Shown here piece by piece: positions 10,649 through 21,300 of a stretch of DNA of 64,000 bases (positions are counted from its first letter, which is position 1; every line of letters begins with the position of its first letter). The notes beneath the pieces were generated by a model. The model searched no databases and was not told where the DNA came from. It saw only the letters and a list, made by a program, of their open reading frames with translations. The DNA comes from Neoechinorhynchus agilis (taxonomy: Eukaryota; Animalia; Acanthocephala), in contig JBMGUZ010000007.1 of NCBI GenBank assembly GCA_051530055.1, positions 19,178 through 83,177 on the forward strand, read 5' to 3'. A program made the translations under genes and the position numbers.

Positions 10649-12568
10649 TTAGAGATCGTAAATTAGTTCAATATTTGTATTATTCATTTCAATTGTTTGT
10701 AAAGATTGATGATCCTTGAAAGGTTTACTGTAAAATTCGCGTATCGGGTTGCCGGAAATATTAAGAATTTTTAGATTGCCGAGATCAGTCAAGTGATGGG
10801 ATGGAAATATCGAGAATCCATTGTTTGCAATGCCAAGATAAAAGAGTCGATCAAGACCGTAAAACATGTTGATAACGTCTAAATCTTTCAATTGATTATT
10901 AGCGAGGTCGAGCATTCTTAACCGAGGAGTATTTCTAAACGCCCGAGGAGCTATTTTCTGAATCCGATTAAACTGAAGACAAAGAAATTCAAGAGTTCTC
11001 AAGTCTTCGAAATCGTCGTAAGTAATTTCCGATATCTGATTATAACTCAAATCGATTGAGGACGCATTACCACGGATAAAGAGTCGAACATCTTGTATTC
11101 GTATAAGGTATTTCCAGCTAAGTAAAGTAAAATTCGTTGTTTCCTCAAGAACCGCAACAAAATCGTATACACCAGCAGCTACTCGTGTCGGTTCGGGCAT
11201 AAATTTGGAAAGAGCACGCATTGAAAAATATGTATCCGTAGACTTTTTAGCGATATCGTATATTAGAATATAAAAAAAGGGATTATTTTTTACCAAACAA
11301 TAATCGATCGTTTTTGAACCCAGTGCATATACATCAATGCCGGTCATCGAGTTATTTGATACGTCCAGGTACCGTAAATGTTTAACGTTTTTAAAAACAT
11401 CATCATCGAAAAAATAAAAATTAGTATTTGATAATATGAGTTTTTGAAGTAATTCGTTGTTTCGAAAAATTCCCGTCGGAAGCGAGATCAAAAGGAAATT
11501 TTGCCCGAGATTAAGTACTTCAAGTTTTTTCAGCGGAAAAAATGCATTCTTGGGTATCTGCACGATTCTGTTCCATGACAGATCCAATTTGGTAACATTT
11601 GTCCACGAATCGAAGTTGTTATGCTCAATTATATGTAAATGATTTCTTTTTAGAATTAACTTTTTCGTCCGATTGTTTCCACGTGGCACTTCTTCAAGAT
11701 TTGAGCCGAAAATCTTCACAGCTTTGACTTCTGGCATTCTGGCTAGAATCGTTGAATTCAAACTGTGAGCGATTCCACCGTGTACAATAAATTTCTTCAA
11801 TTTTTCGAATTGAAATTCCTCTTTGAACAATTTATTTAAATCTCCTCGGTATGAAAGTTCCAGGATTGTAAGATTCTTAGATTTAGCCAGGCGACTCAAA
11901 TTTATCTCATTTAAAGGATTATATATTATCTGTAAATTTTCCAGTCTATCAAAATTGAATTGACCGGTTAACAAGAATTGTTCAATTAAATTATTGGACA
12001 AGTCTAAAACCTTCAAACTTTTCATCTGCTCGACAACATTGAGGCAATCATTACTTAAATTATTACGCGACAAGTAAAGTGATTGAAGATTGCAGAGATC
12101 CACGTGCATATTCAAGCCCAAGCGCCACAAATTATTTTCACTCAAATCGAGATCGATCAAATTGTCAAAACCTTCAAACGCATCATCTTCGATATATCCA
12201 AATCTTGCGTTTTGGATTTGAAGTCTTCTACAATGCCTGAATTTATACATGAGAAATTTCGTGATGGTAATAATCACATATTGATTTCTCCAACAATATA
12301 AAGATACGTCCCTAACATTTGTAAGGATGTGACCGCGGCTGCTTACAATGTCGTCGAAAAAAGCAAATTCTATAGTTATTCGATTGATCGTTTTATTTCC
12401 TCTTATACTGCTCAAAACACTTGATAATGATTTGCTTGATATCGCTGTTGAGCACGCAATGTATACTTCATCGTATTTTGGGTATTGAAGTGTACAGCGA
12501 TTTAGTCCATTAGTTCCATAACAAAAGTTTAATCCGAGGATTAGAACGAGCAGATTTTTAACCGCCAT
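10649..12568 (-). CDS. Signal-peptide LRR protein, probably a 3'-disrupted receptor ectodomain
   Basis: ATG at 12568 (MAVKNLLVLILGLNFCYG), N-terminal Cys pair, many LxxLxLxxN repeats; LRR-like remnants continue past the stop. Confidence 0.85.
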   Translation of the reverse strand: MAVKNLLVLILGLNFCYGTNGLNRCTLQYPKYDEVYIACSTAISSKSLSSVLSSIRGNKTINRITIEFAFFDDIVSSRGHILTNVRDVSLYCWRNQYVIITITKFLMYKFRHCRRLQIQNARFGYIEDDAFEGFDNLIDLDLSENNLWRLGLNMHVDLCNLQSLYLSRNNLSNDCLNVVEQMKSLKVLDLSNNLIEQFLLTGQFNFDRLENLQIIYNPLNEINLSRLAKSKNLTILELSYRGDLNKLFKEEFQFEKLKKFIVHGGIAHSLNSTILARMPEVKAVKIFGSNLEEVPRGNNRTKKLILKRNHLHIIEHNNFDSWTNVTKLDLSWNRIVQIPKNAFFPLKKLEVLNLGQNFLLISLPTGIFRNNELLQKLILSNTNFYFFDDDVFKNVKHLRYLDVSNNSMTGIDVYALGSKTIDYCLVKNNPFFYILIYDIAKKSTDTYFSMRALSKFMPEPTRVAAGVYDFVAVLEETTNFTLLSWKYLIRIQDVRLFIRGNASSIDLSYNQISEITYDDFEDLRTLEFLCLQFNRIQKIAPRAFRNTPRLRMLDLANNQLKDLDVINMFYGLDRLFYLGIANNGFSIFPSHHLTDLGNLKILNISGNPIREFYSKPFKDHQSLQTIEMNNTNIELIYDL

Positions 12569-13054
12569 TTTAGTTGAAGGGAGATACAAGACTTTCTTTT
12601 CGTTTAATTTTATATGCAAGTTGAATTTAAAGCCTCAAATCTTATGAATCACTAGTCAACTGCATTTTCTAGGGTTTCATCCCTTTTTTTGTCTTAGTTA
12701 AAAGTCAAAAAAGCATTACATCATTTCTTATTATACGGCAAACTCAATGTATTCGTACATCTCTTTTTGCCAAGGGCAATGACATTTCATGGTTCGTTTA
12801 ATTGCAGCGATGCTTTTATCATTTAATCGAAAGACGTTCAAGTCGCAAAGGCTAAATGGAATGATCATTTCTTGTTTTATTGAAGTTAAAGCGTGTAGCT
12901 TGTCCCAAAATAACCTTATTTCCCAAATCTGAATAAGGCCTCTGTCGAGATGAAAGGAATTAGCCAGGCAATTCAAGAATGACGGTTTTCAAAAATAAAA
13001 ACATTTTAATAATTTTACACAAACATGAAATCATTCATAGTACCGCTCTGAGTC

Positions 13055-14830
13055 ATTCAGCTGCTGTCCTGGTGTAACGGTCGAAAGGACGGATGCAGCG
13101 TTCCCTCCCATTGCACCGCCAGACTTATGTTTTGTAGGAGGAATGCTCCTGATCTCGGATCGCCAGTGATTCGTCTCGACCTCTTAGACAATTGCTTGAC
13201 CAGGTCCTATGCCCCGGTACCAAGCGACTCGAGTGTCTTATCGCCAAAGGTAACAAAATAATGATTTCGACTCACGTCAATGTATTTTGTCCTTTTGCGT
13301 TCCTCAGAGGCGATTGCTGCTTCACCTGGTTTAAGTGGCGAATTTTATGTTGCTGGCTGCGAACGGCGTTTCAGAGAAGGCATTTGCCTCCCATCGCCAC
13401 GGGAATACTGTGACACCGTCCGATCTACGGCGGCCATCGAGTCGGCAAAGATTGCTCGGCTCTAGGATGTGCGAATTCAAATTATTCAGGGTACGACTAA
13501 GAGAATTGTGTTCACTTCGGCGTGTCGAGAATACCTCTCACCTGATTGCTGACAGACGAAACCATGGCGTTCCGATGGTTCCACGGTCGCTCCACAACGG
13601 CAGCGATGGGATGTACGCACCGGTATCCAAATCTCAGGGGCCAACAGAGGCGATTGGGATAGCGTTGAGCCAAACACTCGATTCTCTAGTAGAGACTGCA
13701 CCCAATCGAGTTCGGTTCACCAGGTCACGAGCATCTGAAATTAACGAGTTATGAATTCTCGGTACCAGGGCGTGAGTCCCAAACTGATTGTTTGCAACCA
13801 TTGACGGGTACCGCGTCGCTGATTGAATCTCCACACCAAAGATAAAGCGCCCCAACGAAATCTTCATCCAAAGTGTAATTTTCGCTCAGAACGGATTTAA
13901 CTATTTTGCGGCTTGCTTCAGATGATCTCAAATAAGCTGACAGACAAATATCGGCTGCTTTTCGGATACCCAAAACGCAGGACGACACAGGAAAGGACGC
14001 CTCAGACAGCTGAGTATTTAAAATTTTCTCGAGTAAGGTTGCTTATCCTTATGTCTAAAAAAGGTTCTGTGCGAAGCTTATACACCAATTTTGGAATAAA
14101 GAGGTGTTTCTGATCTGGAACAGAGCCTCATGTGAAGATAATTCATCAACTCGTTCGTACAGCACCGAAAGTTGCGGTTGAAAATTGGCAATCTCTGCTT
14201 GAACATAAGAACCGAAAATGCAACTTACTAGAAAACAACTGGTCTTGAGGGATCAATTCTATCCCGGGGGCCAGGTTCTGAAAATCTTTCATTATAGTTT
14301 GCCTGCACGCCTCATCTTCCACGTTCATCACTAAAATCTCGCATTTCGCTGCATTCGATTCAATTCCAATTTTCGCCGTCTCCTTCACGAGCGTCTCCAA
14401 ATCGCGCAGTACAACAGAGGGGTGACCCCCGAGCGTTGCATCATCCAGGTACCAGCCGTTAAAGCTGGACGAGAGAGACAACATCAAGTGGTAGTCCCAT
14501 AGGCATTAACGAAATATCAAAATGCTTCCGGCGTGATCTCCAACTACTTCGGGCAAATCTGCTAAGGGAACAGTGTTGAATGCATTTTTGAAATCACATT
14601 TCAAGATCACGCTCGGTTTTGAGTTTTCGGTGATGAACGTGCGGAGTGAATGAGCAATCGCCCATGTGCCACAAGGTGTACAGCAGCCCAACTGAGTCGG
14701 GCGATGCAGTATCCCTACTTTTTGCGTGATCCTTTTATTTAAAAATTTTGCCGTTTAGCGGCGCAGAGTTGTGCCAATTGCAATGGGGCGAATTCCTCCT
14801 TCCTTTTTTTGCGAGGGCACACAAACATGC
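13055..14830 (-). mobile_element. CRE-clade non-LTR retrotransposon, RT plus REL endonuclease, degenerate (mirror 29994-31769)
   Basis: RPIAIGTTLRR, LKCDFKNAFN, WYLDD, HRCRC...H..VC zinc motif, RH, DGVTVFPW. Confidence 0.85.
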
Positions 14831-14899
14831 GCCGAAAAATAGCTCAATTGCTTTCGGAATCAACTCTTCCCATGCAAATTGGTCGATTAAGCGTGCCAA

Positions 14900-15400
14900 T
14901 GCATTTTCAAGGAACCGAGCAGCGCCAATGAAGGCGCTTTGAGTGCTTTTGGAACATTAGAGCGAGATGTTCTACTACGAGTTCGGAGGAGCAGATTAGA
15001 GCGTACCTCTCGTGGAATGTATTAAGTTTTTGGAATAGGTTAGAAGAAAAATTACAGAAGGTTTGATATGCGAAGAAGATCGCTGGAAGGATTTCGAGCA
15101 TGTATCAAAAAGATTTTGATCGATGGAACCAAAAGTTTTATGAATGTCAATTTGGATGAGTCGAGAGATAAATATAGAGTGTGCGTCGAGATTATAAAGA
15201 AGAGAATCGTAGATGCAAAGAAGTCCATGCGTACACGAAAAGACAGACCGGAAACCGAATTTAGTGCATGAAATTCTTCGACTGAAGATTTGCAGGAGGT
15301 GTGCTTTAAAGCATATCTCTGAGGATACTTGGGTGGGCTGTTGAAATGCTAGAATCTTTATTTTCGAGCTTTCGTAGTCCAACCGCTTCCTCGGGAAAGT
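14900..15400 (-). mobile_element. LINE 3' region remnant (mirror 29424-29924)
   Basis: Similar to the post-RT region of the LINE remnant at 9520-10000. Confidence 0.55.
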
Positions 15401-15402
15401 CC

Positions 15403-15544
15403 AAAGGCGCACGGAGATGTGAAGTTCGTTAAAATAGCGACATCACTGCGGAAAGTTAGTCCAGCCTGTTGAACGATTCTGTGGTTTTTGCCATTAAGCT
15501 TCGATATCGCTACTTTAACGAACTTCACATCTCCATGCGCCTTT
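15403..15544. repeat. Short foldback with ~42-bp arms (mirror 29280-29421)
   Basis: aaaggcgcacggagatgtgaagttcgttaaaatagcgacatc versus reverse complement of 15503-15544, 3 mismatches; homologue at about 56969-57040. Confidence 0.75.
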
Positions 15545-15652
15545 TGTAGATTCTTGAGGAAGACGGCTAAAGTTCGAAAATCTTTACATTTGCTTTTCGT
15601 TCACAAATTCCTACTTTTCGTCCAATTCTGCAACTGTCGCCACGATTGTTAA

Positions 15653-16010
15653 TCAGCTGATTGCCGCGCTGATTCGCTGCAACCGGAAGCTGCTGGAGCG
15701 CATATCGCCGGTGGCATGTTTTAGCATCTTTCCTAGCCAGGAGATGAAATAATCGGCTTCTTTTCCGAGGCATCCCAGTGTTTCCACCGCAATCGGGATG
15801 AAAATATATTGATGCCCAACGAGCGAGGAGTACTTCTGCCGCTTCTTTTCCTCGCTGAAGCTGGCGACTGCTCCCGCTTTTGAAATGACATTCCGTAAGT
15901 GGGATGCTGCGAGCGTGTTGGGGCAGGTAAAATCCCAAACCAGTATTTTCCCGGAGCACCATAGGGGGGGCTCCATCAGGGCGTTTACCGTCGTTCCGGG
16001 ATAGTAACAA
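15653..16010 (-). mobile_element. 3' fragment of another CRE-clade element (mirror 28814-29171)
   Basis: DGKRPDG, LVWDFTCPNTLA, KRQKY, FIPIAVETLG, QRIS. Confidence 0.85.
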
Positions 16011-16499
16011 CAGTCCTATCTCAAATGATTATTTAAAAACGTGATTATTCTCAAAGGTTATATGTGCAAACGCCGCATCGAGTGAAAAAGTACAGATAAT
16101 GTTAAAAATACGATCAATGAAGCGAATGGGAAACAATTTATATTTACAAGATTGCACCGAGAACTTTCGAAAAAAAACGCGGTTTGTACCGTTAAGGCAT
16201 GACCACAAAAAAGTGATCCGTGGTCTATAAGATAAGACATTTTATTCGGTTGAAAAGAAATCAAACAGCGACCACTGTCACCGTAAAGATGATCTCCGAT
16301 CACAGAAAAGGGTTGCAATATTTCCGGGACAAACCTGGACATAGAAGAGGGCCCAGATACAAAACCCAACGTCAAAAACATCTCTGTCTTCATCGAGATG
16401 TACAATTCAAGACGAAAAAACTCAGCACCTGCTTTTCCGAAAATTTCAGGAAACCGTTGTTCAATGTCCCGCAAGCTTTCTCAACTAACAAAAACTTCT

Positions 16500-17500
16500 T
16501 TATCCAAGCCTCTGCTGAAGTTCCCGTTCTCTTGTCTTCTCAATCTTATCAAGTCGATGTTTGGACTTGTTACCAAGAAGACCTCCGCCCCATTGTTTAC
16601 GGATCTAAAACAAAAGACGACCGTAACTTTCCAAAGTTTTCGAAACCTACCTCATCGACCCGATCGTTAAAATCAGCTCGAACTGCTTCAACGATCGTTT
16701 TTAAAGCATTCTTATCTTCGGGTCTCACGTTCTCAAGTGCAAGACAAGTGACGGTCTTTCGACCAACAACTTGGCCTAAACGACTTTTGCTCTTTACAAT
16801 CGCGTAAGGAACTCCCATTTTACGGCACAAAGCAGGTAAATGCAAGACAATCTCCAATGGATCAATATCGTGGGCAATGATAACCAATTGCACTTTCTTC
16901 TTTTCGATGAGTCTCGTCACTTGATTGATTCCACAAATCAAATACCTCTTCGAAGGACTCTGATCGATTTGTTTCCCTTCCGCTCGAGCTTTTGCTTCCT
17001 GTTTTAATTTGAGGCGGCGGGCGTACCGATTTTCAGGATGGTATTTTTCAAGAAGTTTCAAAACATTCTGCGCGATTTGTCTCTTAAGAGTAAATCGAAA
17101 TTGATTGATTGGAGGGGGAACTTTAAGACGCTTAAGAAGAACTGCGCGTTGTCGCTGGATTCGAACGTATCGAGGCCATCGAACGAATCGACTCAAATCG
17201 CGTTTCGGACGAATCGCCTGACCAATTCCGTAAGTCTTAATGGTTGGTCTATACAACGAATTCTTTTCTTTTTTGTGCTTTAAGGTCTGTTGGGCGGCCT
17301 TCTGAGCCACGGAAGGAGCCTTGGCCACTTTCTTTTTGCCGGACTTTTGCTTCTTCGGAGCCTGCGATCGGGAAAAAAAAGGTTAAAGAATTCAAGTCGC
17401 GCGAAATGGCATCAGAACATTCGGCTTTAATATCTTCAGGAAATCGGACCTATCATTGAACGTCATCACTTGCCACTGAGAATTCCCAAAAACTCACCAT
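16500..17500 (-). CDS. RPL7A: 60S ribosomal protein L7a (eL8), three exons
   Basis: Mirror of 27002-28002. Confidence 0.95.
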
Positions 17501-18179
17501 CGATTGTTCGGAACAACTTTTAGGTTCTCGGAGAAAAGCGAAGAAAGCGTAGATTCCGTAGAAACGAAAGAACGGTCTTTTGCTGTCTTCGAGGATTCTT
17601 TACGGGCTCAAAATGAGAAATGATTTTTTCTTCAATCGCATGAAGGTATTTCATGGATTTGTTTTAAGAACTTTTGGGCGTTTTTTGAACGAGTTCAATT
17701 TTTAGGACTTTTTTTACGTAGTTATGTAGAACTGCCGGTCGTTTTGATTTTGATCGAAATCGATTTATTTGTAAATATCTCATTTGGTTTCTGTAAAGGT
17801 GACTTTTTGTTTGTGTGAAGACAGCCCAATGAAGTATTTGACCTTGGACGAAAGTAAAATCGCCAAAAACTTAAAATGTGAGGATTTTTTTCTGCGTTCA
17901 TTGGTTCTGTTGAGTAAATCATTGACTTTTACTTTAAGGACAAAATATTCGCTTTTTTTTAATAATCTTTTTATAGATTTGGCTTTTGGCAATCAGCATT
18001 CATCAAATTAACGAAACTCTCTTGATTGCGGCTGCTCAATAAATATTCTGTGTAAAAAGTTAAAATTAAATAGGTTTTTTTTAAAATCACTTCTAATCCC
18101 CAGATTGTTATATGAGGTCCGCACAGCAACATTCTTCAAACATAAGGAAGTATTGGCTAAGCTCGACTCGAGCGTATTT

Positions 18180-19214
18180 TAAATGTCCAGCTCTCAGATG
18201 AGGCGTGGCGGCAAGCTTCATTGCCTGTGTCATCTGGGGGATTGGGCATTCGGGCGCTAGTGGACCTTGCTTTGCCGGCCTTTCTTGGATCGTTTGAGGC
18301 GAGCCTACCAGTATCGAAGAAAATTTTGAAGGAAAAGTTCTGTCTTGGCCGGGATTTCGTGGTGGCAGTTGAAGAATGGTGCCAGCAGACAGGCGCTAAC
18401 CATGTTCCCGTGAATGGCCTCAGACAGTCGATCTGGGACGGGCCTCTTGTCGCGAGAGCTCACAGCTCTCTACTTTCCGGTTCTCGCGATGGGGTCGTCC
18501 GAGCTAGACTGTTGGCAGTTTCAACACGAGAATCTGGGGCGTTTTTGGAGGCTGGTCCTCTGGCGTCTGTGGGAACTCTTCTTACTGACGAGGTAACGAG
18601 GATCGCAGTATCCTTAAGACTTGGTCTCCCGATATCCACGCCCCATCGCTGTCGATGTGGGTCTTTGGTTGATGCTCTCGGGCAACACGGTCTCGTTTGC
18701 CGAAAGTAAGGAGGAAGGTTCTCACGCCATTCTGAGATCAACAGCGTAATTTCTCGGGCGTTGAGAACGGCGAACTTCCCCAACACCTTGGAGCCCACCC
18801 ATCTTTGTCGACTAGACGTTCGCCGATCTGACGGAATTTCGGTCTTCCCGTGGCGGGAGGGCAAATGCCTTCTCTGGGACGCCACGTGTGTGAACACCCT
18901 CGCAGCCAGCAACATTCCCTACTCCCTCGAAATCGCCGGTGCTGCCGCCAGTACAGCGGAAGGGAAGAAAATACGGAAATATATTCAGTTATCGAGGGCT
19001 CACTATTTTGTCTCCTTTGGGGTAGAGACGTATGGAGCGCTCGGCACTCTCTCTACTACAGGATCTCTCGAAGAAATTGAGAGAGGCAACCGGAGACTCG
19101 AGAGCAGGCGTATTCCTTCGGCAAAATATCTCGCTGGCAGTACAACGAGGCAATGCTGCCAGCGTGATGGCGACGGTCGAGGAAGGACAAAAGCTGGATT
19201 TTGGCGGGAGGTAG
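18180..19214 (+). mobile_element. CRE-clade element 3' half, REL endonuclease (mirror 25287-26321)
   Basis: LPVSSGGLGI, HRCRC...HGLVC, RRSDG, LWDATCVNTLA, VQRGNAAS. Confidence 0.85.
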
Positions 19215-20429
19215 TTAATGTTCTTCAAACAGATTGTTTGAATTGTTAAAAATATATATCTTTATTCTAAAGTGAAATTTTAATGGAACTTAAAGTGTTT
19301 AGTCGTTAAAAGTCAGAATCCACGATTTAGACGATCCTTAAAATTGGATTAAATTATGAAAACATTTGGGAAACAAAATCGATTTTTCTGTTCATTACTT
19401 ACCACTGGCCGTTGAACGATACAATTCAATCGTTTCGCCTAACTTAGCAGCACTTTCATCATGAAGCTCGCTTATTTTGCTGACTTTTTGCTGTAGTCAA
19501 CGCTATGAATCTCAGCCACAAATCAACAAGGAATTATACTCTCCTCGATGGGCGGAAATGCTATCAGACAATTATATGGAAACGATGCCATTCTCACAGA
19601 CAAAACAAAAATCATCTATAAAGCTACATCATCTATACCAATCACGTAAACAAATGATCAAATCCCATAATAAGAGCCTTTGTTATCTCAATTTTTTACT
19701 TTATAAGTTGTATCCCGTCGAGGTAAAAGTTCTCCCTAAATACCAATTGTTATTTGGCTGCTACTTATAAGCCGAGTCAGAGATGTGAGACCTGAGCTTT
19801 TATGGCTTCTAAGGATTCCGAATTACCCTGTGGGGGATAATTCTTTTATTATATATTAATAGATTCGTTATTTCTTTCCTGATCTCTTGGCTCGGATACC
19901 AGCCTTATGGACGTCAGGAAGTAAGTAAAATGATAAACCGACTCAAGATATAGACAAATAACTACCATACAAAAGAATATTCTTAATATGAACTATGTGG
20001 TATGCATCTGTCATAAATAAATCATTTTAGCAGGCTGCTATTATTTTTGTCAGTTATTCTTTCTAATTTTAAATACTAATTAATCAAAACAAGGAAATAA
20101 TGCCTCGATTACTTGTGAAAGACACCAAATGAGGTCAAATTGACATCGTTCAATTTCGGTGGAGCAAAACTAAAACCATACTTTAGTATTGTCTTTAAAG
20201 TGCAAGAGAACGAATCAAAAATGGCGATCAAGTGAACATCAAATGCTAAGGAGAAATCATTGGCTCAAATTTGTGATGAGTTGAGAGAAAATCTCGACGA
20301 TGATTCTTGTACAATCAACCAATCTTTGGCAAACGCAACCTGCGAGAATTGTTAACGCGATCAATTACAGCCGAAGAAATCTTAAACTTTGGGATGCTTG
20401 AGATGGTAGACGAAATGGTCCTAGACAAA

Positions 20430-21300
20430 AATTGCAAATTACAAGCGCCGACATCCTTTCATCCGCGCCTCTCTTCCTTACCATTGCTCTTAACCCTAAC
20501 CTTTCATCTCCGACGATCTTGAGTGGCTCCACATCCAACTTCATCTCCCCCTCCGCAATGGCAAACGTGAGATCTCTATCGTTGGCCTTTATCGCCCTCC
20601 TTCCTCAAACATCCCCAACACACTTCAACAAATAGACCCAGATCACTTCATCATATTGGGCGATTTTAACAAACTGCCGATCCCGTCCTCGCCCTCTCAT
20701 CTCTCCCAACTCGTTACTTTCCCCACACGCTTCTCCTCCCGCCTTGATAAAATTTTCTCAAACATCAGGCAATACTCGTACACTACCAAATTTCCCCCAA
20801 TCGCCTCGTCTGACCATTGTTCCATCCTTCTCTCCTCTGCATCACCTCAAAAACGTTCCTATTCCGACCCTTACGTTTTCTGGGATAAACGTGATCATCA
20901 TACACAATCCTTTGCTGCATGCGCCAATTCTCTTATCACGCAAAACCGCTCTACCATCTTTGGCCCCGACCCCTTGATTGCAATGGGCTCTTTGTTAAAT
21001 ATAATAGAATCTGCGATGAAGGCCTCATTTCCTCGCAAAACAATACGAATCTCGAACCGCGACCCTCCATGGTTCTCGCCTTTTCTAAAAACCCTTGAAA
21101 TCCAGGTCACCAAAGCTTTCCGGTCAGGTAATCCTGCTTACCCCCCCCTCCACTCCACACTGACCAAACGCATAAGTATAGCCCGCAAATTATTCCTCTC
21201 ATCTCGTCTCTCGTCCGCTCCCAATTGAAACTGGTGGCGTGAAATAAAAAATGTCACTGGTCTTGGTAGATCCACCCGATTCGCATCTCTCCCCAAATCC
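20430..21300 (+). mobile_element. LINE apurinic-type endonuclease remnant
   Basis: YRPP, GDFN, PTR..RLDKIFSN, SDH, PWF, WWREIK. Confidence 0.85.

Larger units (their letters stand above)
1..20062 (+). repeat. Left arm of giant inverted repeat (may extend beyond the window start)
   Basis: ORFs mirror those at 24439-44823 with coordinate sums 44824 (outer), 44502 and 44501 (inner). Identity ends at cagttattcttt (20062) / aaagaataactg (24439). Confidence 0.98.

Noticed and set aside
16597-17328. RPL7A as the single 243-aa ORF in the track
   Set aside because: The GTG start and VGFENF...DP tail come from reading into introns; the spliced model restores conserved termini.
20490-20501. aaccctaacc as a telomeric seed at the palindrome centre
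   Set aside because: Fewer than two repeat units, inside LINE coding remnant.
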